Of a DNA stretch of 64,000 bases, positions 25,746 through 39,862 are shown piece after piece (the stretch's first letter is position 1; each line of letters starts with the position of its first letter). Source of the DNA: Octopus sinensis (taxonomy: Eukaryota). The position numbers and the translations under genes were made by a program. The notes under the pieces were generated by a model, which worked only from the letters and a program-made list of their open reading frames with translations, had not been told where the DNA came from and did no database searches. The stretch covers positions 8,494,001-8,558,000 of the forward strand of contig NC_043003.1 of NCBI RefSeq assembly GCF_006345805.1, read 5' to 3'.

Positions 25746-27835
25746 AGGGCTATTCTACTCATCCTCTAACAAAATGAAAGGGAAAGATCGATGTTTATGC
25801 AATTATTTTCCCCCGAAATTTGATGCAATTGATACAGCCATTTGTCCAAAATGGTATCCTTTGATCATTTAAGCCTCAACATAAAGAGACTTTCTTGAAT
25901 GTTATACTGAACACTGATCAGAGTCGGAGATGTGAAGGGGTAATTTTTGGGATTAAGTAACTGAAGACCCTCTTGCATATTCTTGGAACAATCTTTCGTC
26001 AAGGAAATTAGGTTCAGTTATGATAATGAGGTAAGTAATAAGTTCAAAGACTCTACTTGTCAAGTTCGAGAAAAATTAGGTGAAATTTAGTTATATTAGC
26101 GGAAATATCTCCGTCAAAATCCATCTGTAAGCTAGAGGATATGGATAACGAAGATTTTAACATCTACAATGGCGCTTAAGTTGTTCATTCTTTGACAGAA
26201 GTTATTCTCAATGAATATGATCCTTATTATAACGATGACGTTGAAGAGGACTTGGTTAATGAGGTGGTGTATGCGCCCATACAATATGTCGGAGATATTT
26301 GGGAACTTATAGCAAGACCAGAGCGACATGCAATTCTATACAGAAGAATCGCAACAATGTATGAATGCAAAAAGAAATGGAAAGTCTTTGCTAAAAATTA
26401 CATTTTAAAGGGGCCTTTGAATGTAGAATTTGGTCCTTCTTATGGTGCTGATAATGTGTTAAACTTGGGTCCCATCACTTCATCGCACAATTTTGCACCA
26501 TCCCCTAATTCGAGATTATCTAAAGCACTGAATATGGTAATTCTGATTCTCCAAAATGGCTACTCTTGTTACATGTAGAGGCTTTTGTGTTATGTTTTGT
26601 TTCCCAATGTGGTCCCTTTCTCTTCGCACTTCTCCCTCTCCGGGCATCCAATTTTAAGAATTCTAGAACAACGACTGCAGCTGAGATACTTCACTAATTG
26701 GGAAGGCTCACGAAAGCTATGAGCAGTTTCTCTTCCTTCCACCGGGCGGTTATAAAAATACGCGTCAGATAAGACTTAAAGGTAAAGAAAGAGTTGGTAA
26801 AGCTAGGGAGAGGGAGAGAAAGCGGAGAGCAGATGAATAATAATTGGTGTGTGGAGAAGTGGGGTGCGAACCGATTGCAGAGACCACAGAATATTTTGTG
26901 AAAAGAAAATACAAGGAGAAACTAAGAGTAAAAATATGAATACTTTTAAATCTAATCAAAAGTTACAAGAAATAATGATGTAGAACTGATACAATCTCAT
27001 GTTTCAGTCGCTCTACTGCGTATTTAAATTTGAATATCTGTGTAACCGAAAGATCAAATATACGTTGAAATATGTATGCGTGTAAAAAGACAGATACTTT
27101 AATGATGTTATTTGTTTCACGCACAAAAGGTGTTAAATCACATAGCAAGCACATGAACGTAACAGCGGTGATTTGGCACTATCTCTAACTTCAATTACAG
27201 GCATAAACATAACTTATTTCAAATAGCAAATTGTAAATTCTATTTGACACATATTGACATCGTTGTAAAAATAGATATGTGCAAAGGTTATGATGTAGGA
27301 AAGAAAATGAAACTATAAAACAGATGTATAGGAATATCTGGTCGTTATATTTTAGCCCAAATGATGCGTAATGGCAACCGCAATACGGTCATTATTGTTC
27401 ATTTTCAGTTTGTCAACATATGAGTATTCCTTTCTCTCGGCAATGCGCTTATAGCCATAATTTCCATTTCAATTATGTTAAAAGATGAGCAAGCCAGCAT
27501 CCGTAATGAACATAGTAGTTTGCATTCAATACGAGAAGCAGCCAAAAGTAAAATAAACAGTCGGAGATAAAAAGATACACAGAAGTTTATTATAACTTCA
27601 TTGCAAACCGAACGATTTTATAGTTGTTACGCTTCGTTGGGTTTCGCTTCCATGCATGCTGTGAATCTCTTGAATAAAGCTTGGAGATTAAAAAAAAACA
27701 CTCGTTATTGTTGTTGGAACCAATGAACGATGAAACGTATGTAAATATTTGAAGAAAATGATTAATAAATGTATGTATATGTGTGTGCAGGTATGTTACG
27801 TGGTAGCAGCATACCTGCAGCATACATATAGCCAC

Positions 27836-27985
27836 AGGTATTGCTGCGTGGTAAAAAGCTAGCTTCTCAACTACATGGTTTCTGATTCAGTCCCACCACG
27901 GGGCAACTTGAACAAGTTTCTTCAATCCCGGGCCGACTAAAGAGCCTTGTGAATGGATTTGATACATGGAAAACTGAAAGACATC
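27836..27985 (+). mobile_element. SINE family D 5' half, degenerate
   Basis: Similarity to the family D head. Confidence 0.6.
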
Positions 27986-28005
27986 TGTTGTCTATCTATC
28001 TATCT

Positions 28006-28048
<43 letters not shown>

Positions 28049-28146
28049 GCCTGTCTGGCTGGCTGTCTATTTATCTATCTCTCTGTCTATATATCTGTCT
28101 GTCTACCTATCTATCTGTCTATCTAACTGTCTATCTGTCCGTCGAT

Positions 28147-28224
<78 letters not shown>

Positions 28225-30058
28225 ATTTAGGGCTTAACAACAAGTTGCCTCACCACATGCCTGATACTCACAAAACTTTAACAGCTACAAAACACTGTCT
28301 GTAGGAAAGTTGTTCTTGCTTTTTGTAAAGGATCAGCGAAAGGTATGATAATATTATAAAGGATTATGAGCTACCAATGGTCTAGTGAGAGAGCGTATTT
28401 GCCGCCACCATCCAGTGTCCCCGCCCAATCCTTTACAAGCGTATATAACAGAGCCAAAAGTGCCGCCCTCATAAAAGTGAACCGCACCCGCCCTCGCCCC
28501 AGCTATGTTACTGTAAACGATGCTACCATGAAAACTATACTGGGCGTTGAGGAAAACGGTGTTTTGGGAGGAAGTAATGACTTCCGTCGTAAGTCCTTGG
28601 ATTGGCGGTTATATAGGGCGACATTATTTGTTCAAGGCAAGCTTCAAAGTAACAGAAGTGCAAACAGCTGGATCTATCCAAGACGAGCAAAAGCTGAAGA
28701 GACTGTTCTGCACGCTAGAGTTCAGTATCATTGTATTATATTTTTGTGGGTTTGTGTCGAACAGCTTCTGTCGGATGTAAAAAGAATCTAGATAGCAGCC
28801 GAGTCGATAGTGAAAATGTGAAAATCGAGATATCCCCTTCCTTTGGTAGGAAATGGCAGGTATGGCAAAAGAAGTTCTGTGGTTGACTCACCTGAATTTT
28901 TTGTAGACGGACATTTTCTACACGAGCTAAGCCCTCATCAACTTCTTCAAAAACCACTGCAAAGTGATCGAGGTTCCCTTTGAACATGTGATTCGAACGT
29001 ATAAGGAAATAAATAGGAATTGTTGTTTTCACTAGAAGAATCACTCACCATTTCTAGAAGAAGGTTAATGGACGTTTGTAACCTCTATAATTGTCTTAAT
29101 GAAGTTGCTAATGAAATTATCAAGATAGGAATCTAGCATAAAACCGAAAACAACTTGTAAACACGATACTTTACGGTTTGCTTCGAGGTGCCTCGTACAA
29201 GCGATATTCATGATATTCAATAGCATGTTTATATATCTATTGAATATCCTTTGTTCTAACTATAATGAAATTGGATACGAAAGGGTGAGCGTGCATGGTT
29301 TTATAAGTAATTGTGTTCCAGGAATTCTGTATGTGCAATGTCAGCCATATTGACTTATATACATTTCAAAACAATGAAAACACAAAGCAGCATTTCATAT
29401 AACAAGAATAATAAATGAAATATAGATGGATTTTTCAAGAATATAATATAATAATATTCCATCTATATTCACACAGTCAATATTTTCTTTATCCTTTATC
29501 ATCATCGGATTCCATGATATAATTTTTCTTTCTTTTCTTTTCGCGTTCTCTCATAATTGTCAAAATCCCGAGACGCATGCATGATTGATACATTTTGTAA
29601 ATTTGTGTTAGTCGTGGAATCTCTAGATAGTTCTAAAGCATTTGCTTCTGGTTGGTCGCGAGAATTCGCGTGATATATGATTTTTTTTTTTTGTTGTGGT
29701 TGTTTCTTTTTCCATTTTTTTTTAATAGGATGTGATTGTTATGACAGAACATCTACATTAATCCGACAGACCAACATGTGTCCATGGAATCATCTCGTGA
29801 TAATTAAATGCGTAAATATGTGTTGACTGAGAAAAATATGCAACGACAGCAGGTGTGTGAAAAAAACAAGAACAATACGAAACGACACACAGCCAAGACA
29901 CACACACACACCCACACATATGTATATATATACATATATACATGAACATATATACATGTACATATATATGTACATATACATATCTATATATACATATATA
30001 CATGAACATATATACATGTACATATATATGTACATACATATATATGAATATATATATC

Positions 30059-30090
<32 letters not shown>

Positions 30091-30257
30091 TGCATATTTA
30101 TGTACATTCATGCATACATGTACATGTATGTATATTCGCTTATATTCTTTAATTGTGTTATTGATAAATACACATATATACATGTACATACATATATATG
30201 AATATATATATCTATATATACATATGTATATATATGAATATATATATCTATATATAC

Positions 30258-30397
<140 letters not shown>

Positions 30398-30789
30398 TGC
30401 ATATATATGTACATACATATATGTGTATGTATCTTCGCTTCCATTCTTTCATTGTCCTATTGATATTTCAATGAGTTTCTATTGATAAACGTAAATATAA
30501 TTTACCAGGTATTTACATACAGAGGAGGTATACACAAATATATTATTTACTGTATATGTATGTCTGTGTATATGTATGTATGCGTGTTCTTTTGTGAATG
30601 TATGTGTGTATGTCTATGTGTGTGTGTCTGAGTGTGGATGTGTGTTGTGCGCTTGTATAATATTAACACTTCATCGAAGGATACACTATAAAATGAGTCT
30701 TTAATAAATATATAGACGCAGGAGTGGCTGTGTGGTAAGAAGCTTGCTTCCCTACCACATGTTTCCGGCTTCAGTTCAATTCCGCTGTT

Positions 30790-31171
30790 AATTCAGAAAG
30801 AAAGCAATCGATGTTGGAGCATAGATATATCATGTCCAGTTGACAACAAGGTATACGATTAGGAAGAAAGAAAAGTTGATAGCTATGACAGATAAGCTTG
30901 GGAGGTTAAGCAGTTATGGTCGCTGAAAAAGGTAGTAGTAATATCAATAATTGTCGGAACCCTGGGAACAGTGAGTAAAAATCTTGAGAAGTACATGGAA
31001 CAAATAGGGGCTGCAATAAGGGTGGAGCACTTGCAGAAAAAAGTACTGCTTGGAACCGCTCGAATACTCCGGATAGTATTTTAAAAGTAAGGGGTGTTAC
31101 CTTAGTTCACTGGTAATGAACAGCTGACGCCGTAGTACATCTCCAGCGTTAGAAGCTGTGCAAAGGCAATA

Positions 31172-31172
<1 letters not shown>
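30790..31172 (+). mobile_element. R4/Dong-type LINE 3' fragment ending in (AAT)n
   Basis: IIVGTLGTVSKNLEKYMEQIGAAIRVEHLQKKVLLGTARILR is the typical post-RLE C-terminus. Confidence 0.8.
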
Positions 31173-31244
<72 letters not shown>

Positions 31245-31247
31245 TTA

Positions 31248-31281
<34 letters not shown>

Positions 31282-31289
31282 CAATAATA

Positions 31290-31440
31290 ATATCAGCAAA
31301 ATATACCTTAGGAATGAGTACCCAGGGCTGAGTTCAAAATTTCACCAGGACACCTGATGAAGGCTGGAGAGTAAATCAGCCGAAACGTTGTGCTAACAAC
31401 AAACAAGATGAGGACACATATCCGTCCAATGTAAATAATA
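31290..31440 (+). mobile_element. 3' part of the tRNA-headed hammerhead element; HHR at 31351-31392
   Basis: CAC-CTGATGA-A-GGCTG-GAGAGTAAAT-CAGCC-GAA-ACGT-T-GTG. Homologous to 38700-38850. Confidence 0.75.
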
Positions 31441-34400
31441 TCCTTAACCTAGCTACTTAACAGTGGAACTGAACTCAAACAATGTGGTTTCAAAGCAAGC
31501 GTCTTGACCACACGGACGCACCTGCGAGAATCATTTCCTTTAAAACGGGATGGTCAAGACTCTTATAACTTTACTGGTAAATCAACTCGACCTCGACAGA
31601 GTTTGAACTCAGAACGAAATGCCACTATGTATTTTGCCCGGCTTGCTAACGATTCTGCCAGCTCGCCGCTTTATGTATATGAATGGTAGTGGTTTCGGAT
31701 TTAGACACTCTGCTTGATGAGAGTTACACAACAAAAACTGCCATGAAATTGATTAGTGACGCAATTTCTTAGAAACACAACAGGAACAACAGCGAAGTTA
31801 ATTACGATGTCAGATTTAAACAGAGTAATTTTCTAATTTATAAATCAGTGACCAGTTGTCACTTTGAAAACTATATATTCTGAACGGGAATTTGGCAGCG
31901 CCACCTCTAGCCGAAAAATTATTCTGTGCTGATGAAGGGAAATAACCCGGAAATCGTGATACACAGATATTGTTTTGAGCTGAGTGTGGGGTGCTAGATT
32001 CCCTTGTTCGAAAATATAAGGACATAGATTGTGTCGTATAGCCAGCTGGAGACGATGTCTCCTGGGGCTAAATTACAGCAACATTAGTCCTAAACCAGGA
32101 CTGCCATGTTATGTTGGCAAATAATCTTTACTACAATTATTCTGGTATCCTACCATTCAGCCGTATCTTGTTTTCCGATAATGTCAGTTCCTTTTGATGT
32201 TTAATAAACGTGGTTAGATTTCCAAAGAAATTACAGATATACAATTACAAGGTCACGTGTATGTTAATAGACATGTAGCACTGTCGTCTGGAACCGCTTA
32301 TAATCCGCACTTACTTACACCGAGACACAGGTATCTGTATTTAATTTAAATATTGAATTGGCGGAAATTTAATATTTAAGTGTGTTGACCAAGGTGACAA
32401 GCTGTGGTTCGGAAAAATCAGAAATCCGGAAAACCTTTGGTACCAAAGGTTCCGGAAAATCAATATTGTGCCTGTAGTGCATATCTTACCGATTTTGGAG
32501 AAATGAAAGTAAAAGGTGACCACATGCGGAATCGAACTTAAGACATACAATGTTGAAACTAAATGAATTGCAGTATTTAATCTTTCCAATCTTTCTGCAA
32601 ATTTCATTTAATTACTTGAGATAATATTGATACCAAAGTTCCAGACGTAGTAAATTTTGACAAGAGCTTTTGAAAATATTGAATATGTCACTGGAATATT
32701 CCAAAGACTATACACATTTTTTTCTATAATTGAATTTCTGAACATTCTGTTATGTTATTTTCATTTCTATATATTAGATTTTCTTTGCACATCGCATCTG
32801 TGCACTTTTCTTCTCTTCAGATCAAAACTGTGGCTGCCACATTATTATATAATAGAATGTAACGGAATAGAAGTAATGACAGCGCGTTTCCGGTAAATCT
32901 TATTTGTAAATTCCATTCTAAAGACAGGAAGATGCGAAAGCAACCATTTCAAAGTGACATTTAGATCGATCTTGTTCATGAAATTGTTTGTTTTTTTAAT
33001 AAAAATTACATCTGCTTCTATCCATAGAAGTTAAATTTAAAGTTACTACAGATTCATACACCCATATATTCGTGCATCTAACGTATGCGTGTTTCAAATA
33101 CTTCCTACCGTATTGTCTAGAAGCAAATTAAAAATTAAATGAAGCAGATTAAATTACATAAACAAATACACAGATTCTTTCGATGTAACGAGTGAACCTC
33201 TTGGCGGTAAGACGAACTGCTAAAACGTCAGCCAAATATCCCTCATCAAGGTTACATAGGATAAGGTGATCCTATCGATACGATTTCAAGAAAAAGAAAC
33301 AGAAATGATTAAAGATGTGACCTCTATGATCATGCGTCGGCTCAGTTAAGACTGCTCTTGGTTGAAAAACAACAGAAGCCAGAAATGTCTTGCTCATTTG
33401 TGTGTGAAGACCTGAAGCATGATTTCGGAATAAAACCCTGTAGGTTTCTGCTCTGAAAGAAAATATATTTAAACAGAACACCTATATGCAAGTTCAACCA
33501 CTAGCTAAACCTTTGCTAAAACTCTCGATTTCTAACCACATTCAGTTCCACAGAACGGCAACTTGGTCAACTATCTTCTCTGCATTAAGAAATGTTTTGT
33601 GAGTGAACTCGGTACACAGAAGTTGCATGGAGGCCCATTTCATATAAATATATATCTATGTGTATATCTTTGTATCTGTGTTTGATCCCTTAACTTTCAG
33701 CTCTTGACAATAAGAGTTGGTTTGTTTGCGACATCGCAACTTAGTGGTTCGGCAAAAAAAAAACTGATAGAATAAATAACCGACTTAAAAATAAGTGCGG
33801 CAGACTATGTGTTCGTCTAACCCCTCCAAGGCCGCACAACAACGACTGAAACAAGGAAAATATAAAATCTAAAGGATTTCTTTAAAATTTTTCGCTTGGT
33901 TTTTCCTTTGCTTGTTTGGTCAATCGGGACCACAAGTCTCTAGAAGCACATTTCTCTGTCGGTAGAATTCCCTTATAAACACCGTTTGAGTCATTTGCTG
34001 GAAATATGCACAGCCATGGCTGAATGGAAAGAAGACTGCTTCCCAACCATCCGACATCATGGCTTTCGTTTCACCTTTGGCAAGTGTTTCCTGTAGCTCT
34101 CGGCTGACCAAAGCCTTGTGAGTGGATTTGATAAACTGAAAGAAAACCATCGTATCTGTGTCTGTGTGTGTGTGTAATACATCAAGTACAGAACATCACC
34201 AACGAGTAAAAACTGCATAAACACATAATGAGAGACAAGTACGTGACAAAATACTGGAAGAAGTCTAACTCCTCCTCAGTTGTCGACTATTAATTACTCC
34301 CTATTTCGAGCTTTCATATATCTACATGGTATACATATAAGATTCCAACACCTTATGAGTAAAATCCAATAGTATTTAAAATTGGTTATTCCAAGTATAG

Positions 34401-34466
34401 AGTTTATACACATCGTTATTGAATCAAGGTTTTTTTAAGTGACCTAAAAATAGGTCAAATTGAAAA

Positions 34467-34520
<54 letters not shown>

Positions 34521-34567
34521 ATATTATATATATATATATCTTCCTCGTGGTAATATTGAACCGTTGC

Positions 34568-34760
34568 AAGGCAGCGAGCTAGCAGAGTCGTTAGCGTGCT
34601 GGGCTAAATGTTAAGCAGCATTTTGTCCGTCTTTACGCTCTGTGTTCAATTTTCCCCTAGGTCCACGTCGTCAGTCATCCTTCGGGGTCGATAAAACCAG
34701 TACCAGTTGAACACTTGACTCAATGTAATCCACTAGTCCCATCATCAAAACTTTAGGCTT
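34568..34760 (+). mobile_element. SINE family C, degenerate
   Basis: AAGGCAGCGAGCTAGCAG head and CATCCTTTCGGGGTCGATAAA. Confidence 0.7.
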
Positions 34761-34794
34761 TCTCGAAATTTTAGTAGTAATAGTTTCAAAATTT

Positions 34795-35030
34795 GGAGCC
34801 AAGGCGGTTACAATACCAATGATTGTAGGATCACTTGGAATGATCAAAAACGGAACTGAAAATATTTTGGTGATGATCCTTGGCTTACCATTCCTGCAAC
34901 AGTTGCAAAACGATTGTTTTAACTGGTACCGTTCAATGTATGCAATGAGTTTCTTTACCCTAGGTATCAGGAAGACACACGGCAAGAAATGGAAACAAAA
35001 TAGAAAGAAAAAACACGTAATAGTAATAAC
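34795..35030 (+). mobile_element. R4/Dong-type LINE 3' fragment, same family as 41075-44650
   Basis: AVTIPMIVGSLGMIKNGTEN...GLPFLQ and a 3'UTR GGAAGACACACGGCAAGAAATGGAA matching the long copy. Confidence 0.85.
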
Positions 35031-35081
35031 AATAATAATAATGATAATAATAATAATTATTATTATTATATTATTATATTA

Positions 35082-35119
<38 letters not shown>

Positions 35120-35265
35120 TATATTATTATTATTATTACTATTATTATTGCTGTTGTTGTTGTTATTATTATTATCATCACTATTATTATTATTATTATC
35201 ATTGTTGTTGTTGTTGCTGTTTTTGTTGTTGCTGCTTCTGTTGTTGTTGCTGCTGCTGTTGTTGT

Positions 35266-35298
<33 letters not shown>

Positions 35299-36249
35299 TA
35301 CTATTATTATAGTTGTTGTTGTTGTTGTTATTATTATCATCACTATTATTATTATTGTTGTTGTTGCTGCTTCTGTTGTTGTTGTTGTTGTTATTATTAT
35401 CATTATTATTATTACATAAATCACTCTGAGCTAATATTGAAATTGAGGTAAGTTTTCTTTTTTTATCCATTCCGTCTTTGCTACTTTTTTTCTATGACTT
35501 TCCACGACCTCTTTTCCATGAATGGCGTCTACCTGCTTTGTCTCCTCTCGAGCTTACAATAGTTATAGATTTCTAATACATTGGCAAATGTATTCATAAA
35601 GGAACAAAGCCGAAACTGATGTTACTAGCTAAATGTTCAACGCAAAAACGATATATTGCACAGCAAGCGATACGGGCAACCTCTTTTCTGTTTAAATATC
35701 AACAAATTATGCTACGTTTCAATTTGATACGCCTTGATACTATTCTACCAATGATAAGTATAGCTGAAGACGTTTATTGCGTGAATATAGGAAAATTGAC
35801 AGAAGACATCGAGCATCTGTCCATCTCATTTGCCTGAGGATAAATCAATATTTTCATTCATTGCTTTCTGCAGCAGAGAGAAACGGTCTTTCTCGGTTCT
35901 TTTTTCCACGAATATTAACTAAAGACGGAGAAGAGTACGTAAGTTGACTGAGAGCAAAAAACTAAGGGTACCTGTCTGTTCCCGTGTGTTCATGTGAATG
36001 TAGGTCCGTCTGATTTGGGGCCACCAGGGATGGGATTTGCTTCGCTTGTTACCTAAGTTGTTGCCACACGTTTCTGGATTGGGCAGAGCTGTAAAGTGCA
36101 GAATTAAATGTTTTGCCTAAATTTATATCTGTTCAAATTTATATCTTTGCTACATTTTTTATGACTTTCCATGGCCTCTTTTCTATGAATAACGATTACC
36201 AGCTTTGTCTCCTCTCGATTTTATAATAGTTATAGATTTCTAATACATT

Positions 36250-36410
36250 AGCCTTTTCCTCGGATAATATAGATGACGTGGAGAATGGAGGCTGGTATGT
36301 ATGGGTGACTGCTTATCTTCCATTAAACAACCTTGCCCTGACTTGTGCCCCGGAGGGTAACTTTCCTGGTGCAATCCCATGATCATCCATGACTGAAGTG
36401 GGGTTACCCT
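36250..36410 (+). mobile_element. SINE family B 3' fragment
   Basis: AAACAACCTTGCCCTGACTTGTGCC...GGTGCAATCCCATG matches the reverse complement of 4683-4820. Confidence 0.7.
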
Positions 36411-38321
36411 TCATATATATATATATATATATATATATAAACACACATTCTCCCCATTCCTCACCCTCTTTTACTCTCCTATATCTCTCCCCACCCCTAC
36501 ACACTCCATAATACTATAAAAAGAGATGAATCCTCTCAAACACCTTCTAGTCTGGAGAATCTACCAGAGTAGATGCAAGCGCTAATATATGATTTATAAA
36601 AACATGTGACATATTAATAAAATTCTGTAAATATAAAACCATCCAGATTTCTGAGTATCATATTTCTTCTAATATATATATAGTATTATTTCTAAATCTC
36701 TCGGAGAGAGAGACATATAATAACATTTCTTTAAAGTAAAATTTAATTGTGAACATAATATGGCTGTCCTGGAAGGGGCACTGTTACTGTTTATTGAGCC
36801 CCAAGTACCATCGTTTCTAGCTGGCTATACGACACATATATATATATATATATATATACCGAATTGTTTCATCATTTATTTGCTTCCGATGTATTCATAA
36901 ATATGTCTCTCGTCGCCATATGTTCCAAGTAAGTGAATATATGGCCCATACTTATGCTATACTAATCAGTTTGAATATTTTTGTGTGATATTTGACCTGT
37001 AAAATAGACATTTTTCGCTACGGTCTACCGTAGAATAAATTCTAGCTTTAGATAACTGGCGTTAAATGACCAACAGTCATTTCAGTGAACTCTGTTATTG
37101 TATTCAAGTAATTGACAATCGTTCGTCAGAAGCGTATACCAAGAAAGATAACCATGAAATTACTTTAGAAGTGAAAGGTATGGCTTCGCAGAAAATATCT
37201 AGAAATGAATGTAGGCCATTTATTACCTGTTACCGACAGAGAGAATTTTCCACCGACAAACTGCAGTGAAAATAGTCCTTTTACAAGTTGATTATGTCCC
37301 AAACATTATTTGAACTTATTCAAACGTTTATTAAAAGTTACAACATTGCTATCGCATGTCTGCTACATGTTCATTACATGTATTTTTTATGAGATACGTG
37401 TGTCAGTATTTTTGTTCGTGTGTGTTAGTTCGTTTGTCTGTATGAATGTGTCTTTGTGATAAGAACGCCAACCATTTTATAATAAATGATTTTAAAGCAA
37501 GAATAAAATTAAATATCGAACTGAAATCGTTTTATAAATATCTTTTAATTGAAATACAAATATTCAATGCAGAAGTTATTTTTTGAAACTAATTTAAATG
37601 GACAGAAAAATGTTTAATTCCTGCCACAATTTCCATAGAAAATGTGTATGTATATGCATATCTCTGCCTTTCATTAAATGCGCGACTATAATTGTGCTTT
37701 GCACGTGTCTACGTGTACCTGCAACTCTGCATGTTTGCGTGCATGTACGTACGCTTGTGTATAAGCACACATGCATGTATGTTTGTGCATGCGTTTTTTG
37801 CTTGTGATAGCATGTGATTTTATTAGAAATTCATAAAGTTTTGTGAGCTTAATAGAAGCTGTGATTAATAATTTGCAAGAATTACGTTATGGAAACTTGA
37901 AGCCATACCGAAAGCTAGAAAAATTTGTCTCATAAATATAACTAAATATTGTTCAATTTTAATTATTATGCCGTTTTCTTCTAAATTCGCTTAAATCGAT
38001 CGCATAACTCTTTCATTCTCATGAGTGCGTGTTTATGTATTTATAAGACGTATGTGAATTTTCGTTTTTATTTTATATGTTTATATTGTGTATTTTTAAA
38101 AAATTATTTTTAACTAAACGGGTTATAAATTTTCGTTATGTTTATTATTAGATTTCTAGTTCTTTCATTATTCAAATTATAATTTCAGCACAGCTTTCTT
38201 TAAATAGATTGGAATTATTTGGAATCTTACTGTGGCATTACGTCAGCAAAGATTTTACTGTGGTAAAACTTCCGAAGTTGGTGACCCTGAATGCAATGTT
38301 TTAAGACTAGTCTTCCCGATA

Positions 38322-38852
38322 CAGTTCTATATTTAAGAGATGAGGAATTATGTACATTATTTACATTATTTACATTTGACTGATATTTCTCCTCATCTTG
38401 TTTGTTGTTAACACAACATTTCGACTGATATACTCTTCAGCCTTCATCAGGTGTCTCGGGGAAATTTCGAACCTGGGTTCTCATTCCTAAGGTATTTTTC
38501 GATGTTGTTGCTATTATTATTATTGTTGTTGTTGTTGTTGTTCAGGTCACTGCTTGGAATCGAACTCGGAATTTTGGGATTAGTAGCCCGCGCTCTTAAC
38601 CACTACGCCACGGTCATACGGCGTAGTGGTTAAGAGCGCAGGCTAATAACCCCAAGATTCTGAGTTCAATTCCAAGCAGGAAACTGAAAAATAATAATAG
38701 TAATAATAACATCGAAAAATACCTTAGAAATGAGAACCTAGGTTCGAAATTTCCCCAAGACACCTGATGAAGGCTGGAGGGTATATCAACTGAAACGTTG
38801 TGTTAACAACAAACAAGATAAGGACAAATATCCGTCAAATGTAAATAATGTA
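38322..38852. mobile_element. Head-to-head pair of tRNA-headed, hammerhead-bearing SINE-like elements
   Basis: Centre at ~38614. Each arm is a tRNA-like head (GGCGTAGTGGTTAAGAGCG...GAGTTCRATTCC), then (AAT)n, then an HHR (plus strand 38759-38804; minus strand ~38411-38455). Confidence 0.8.
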
Positions 38853-39324
38853 TTCTTCCCGATGTTTATTAGGTATGACTCATAGACAGACGCTACAGCT
38901 TATGTGGATAAAACGTCAGACAACCTTTGAAGAGTCGGTGGATTATCTTCCTCTACAGATTGTGTGTTGTGCTGCATTCAATACTTCTGATATGCCAACG
39001 AGTGAGACTTCGTGCTGGATTATTCTCAAATCTGTGGTTACGAGGCTCGCTTTGCAGCCTTGTGTTTTCCGGTTCAATCCCACTGCATGGCACCTTGTGC
39101 GAGTGTATTCTACCATAGCCCCAGGCCGGCAAAGCCTTGTGAGGGAATTTGATAGAAGGAAACTGTGTGGAAGTCTCTCTCTCTCTCTCTCTTTCTCTCT
39201 CTTTTCTCTCTCATCTCTCTCTCTCTCGTCTCTCCTCTCTCTTCTCTCTCTCTCTCTCCCTCCATCTCTCTCTCTCTCTCTCTCTCTAATAATATATATA
39301 TATATATATATATATAATAGTATT

Positions 39325-39695
39325 CTTTTATTTGTTTCAGTCATTTGATTACGGCCTTACTGGAGCACCGCCTCTTCTCGAACAGATCAACTCCAAGACT
39401 TATTTTTTAAAGCCTAGTACTTATTATATAGGTCTCTTTTCCGAACCGCAAATTTCCTGGGACGTAAACACACCAACATCGGTTGTCAAGTGAAGGTGGG
39501 GGGGGGAACACAGACACAGAAACACAGAAACACACCACACACATATATATATATATATATATATGCGACGGGCTTCTTTCAGTTTCCGTCTACCAAATCC
39601 ACTCACAAGGCATTGGTTGGTTCGAGGCTATAGTAGAAGGCACTTGCCGAAGGCGCCCCTCTGTGGGACTGAACCCGGAATCATGTGGTTAGTAA
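39325..39695 (-). mobile_element. SINE family D
   Basis: Reverse complement of the family D consensus. Further fragments at 39060-39175 and 39900-40060. Confidence 0.8.
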
Positions 39696-39724
39696 CCGTG
39701 TGTGTGTGTGTGTGTGTGTGTGTG

Positions 39725-39765
<41 letters not shown>

Positions 39766-39788
39766 TGTGTGTGTGTTGTAGTGTGTGT

Positions 39789-39862
<74 letters not shown>

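Noticed and set aside
28366-28791. 141-aa ORF as a gene
   Set aside because: It has no recognisable domain and overlaps promoter-like motifs, so it is likely a chance ORF in GC-richer sequence.
32405-32477. Palindromic CCGGAAAACCTTTGGTACCAAAGGTTCCGG as a structured RNA
   Set aside because: It more likely represents a DNA-transposon (pogo/Tigger-like) terminal remnant, and the partner TIR is not clearly identifiable.
38560-38680. Genuine tRNA genes
   Set aside because: The tRNA-like heads lack a proper acceptor stem and run into repeat bodies. They are SINE-type heads, as are those at 4950-5020 and 15829-15900.
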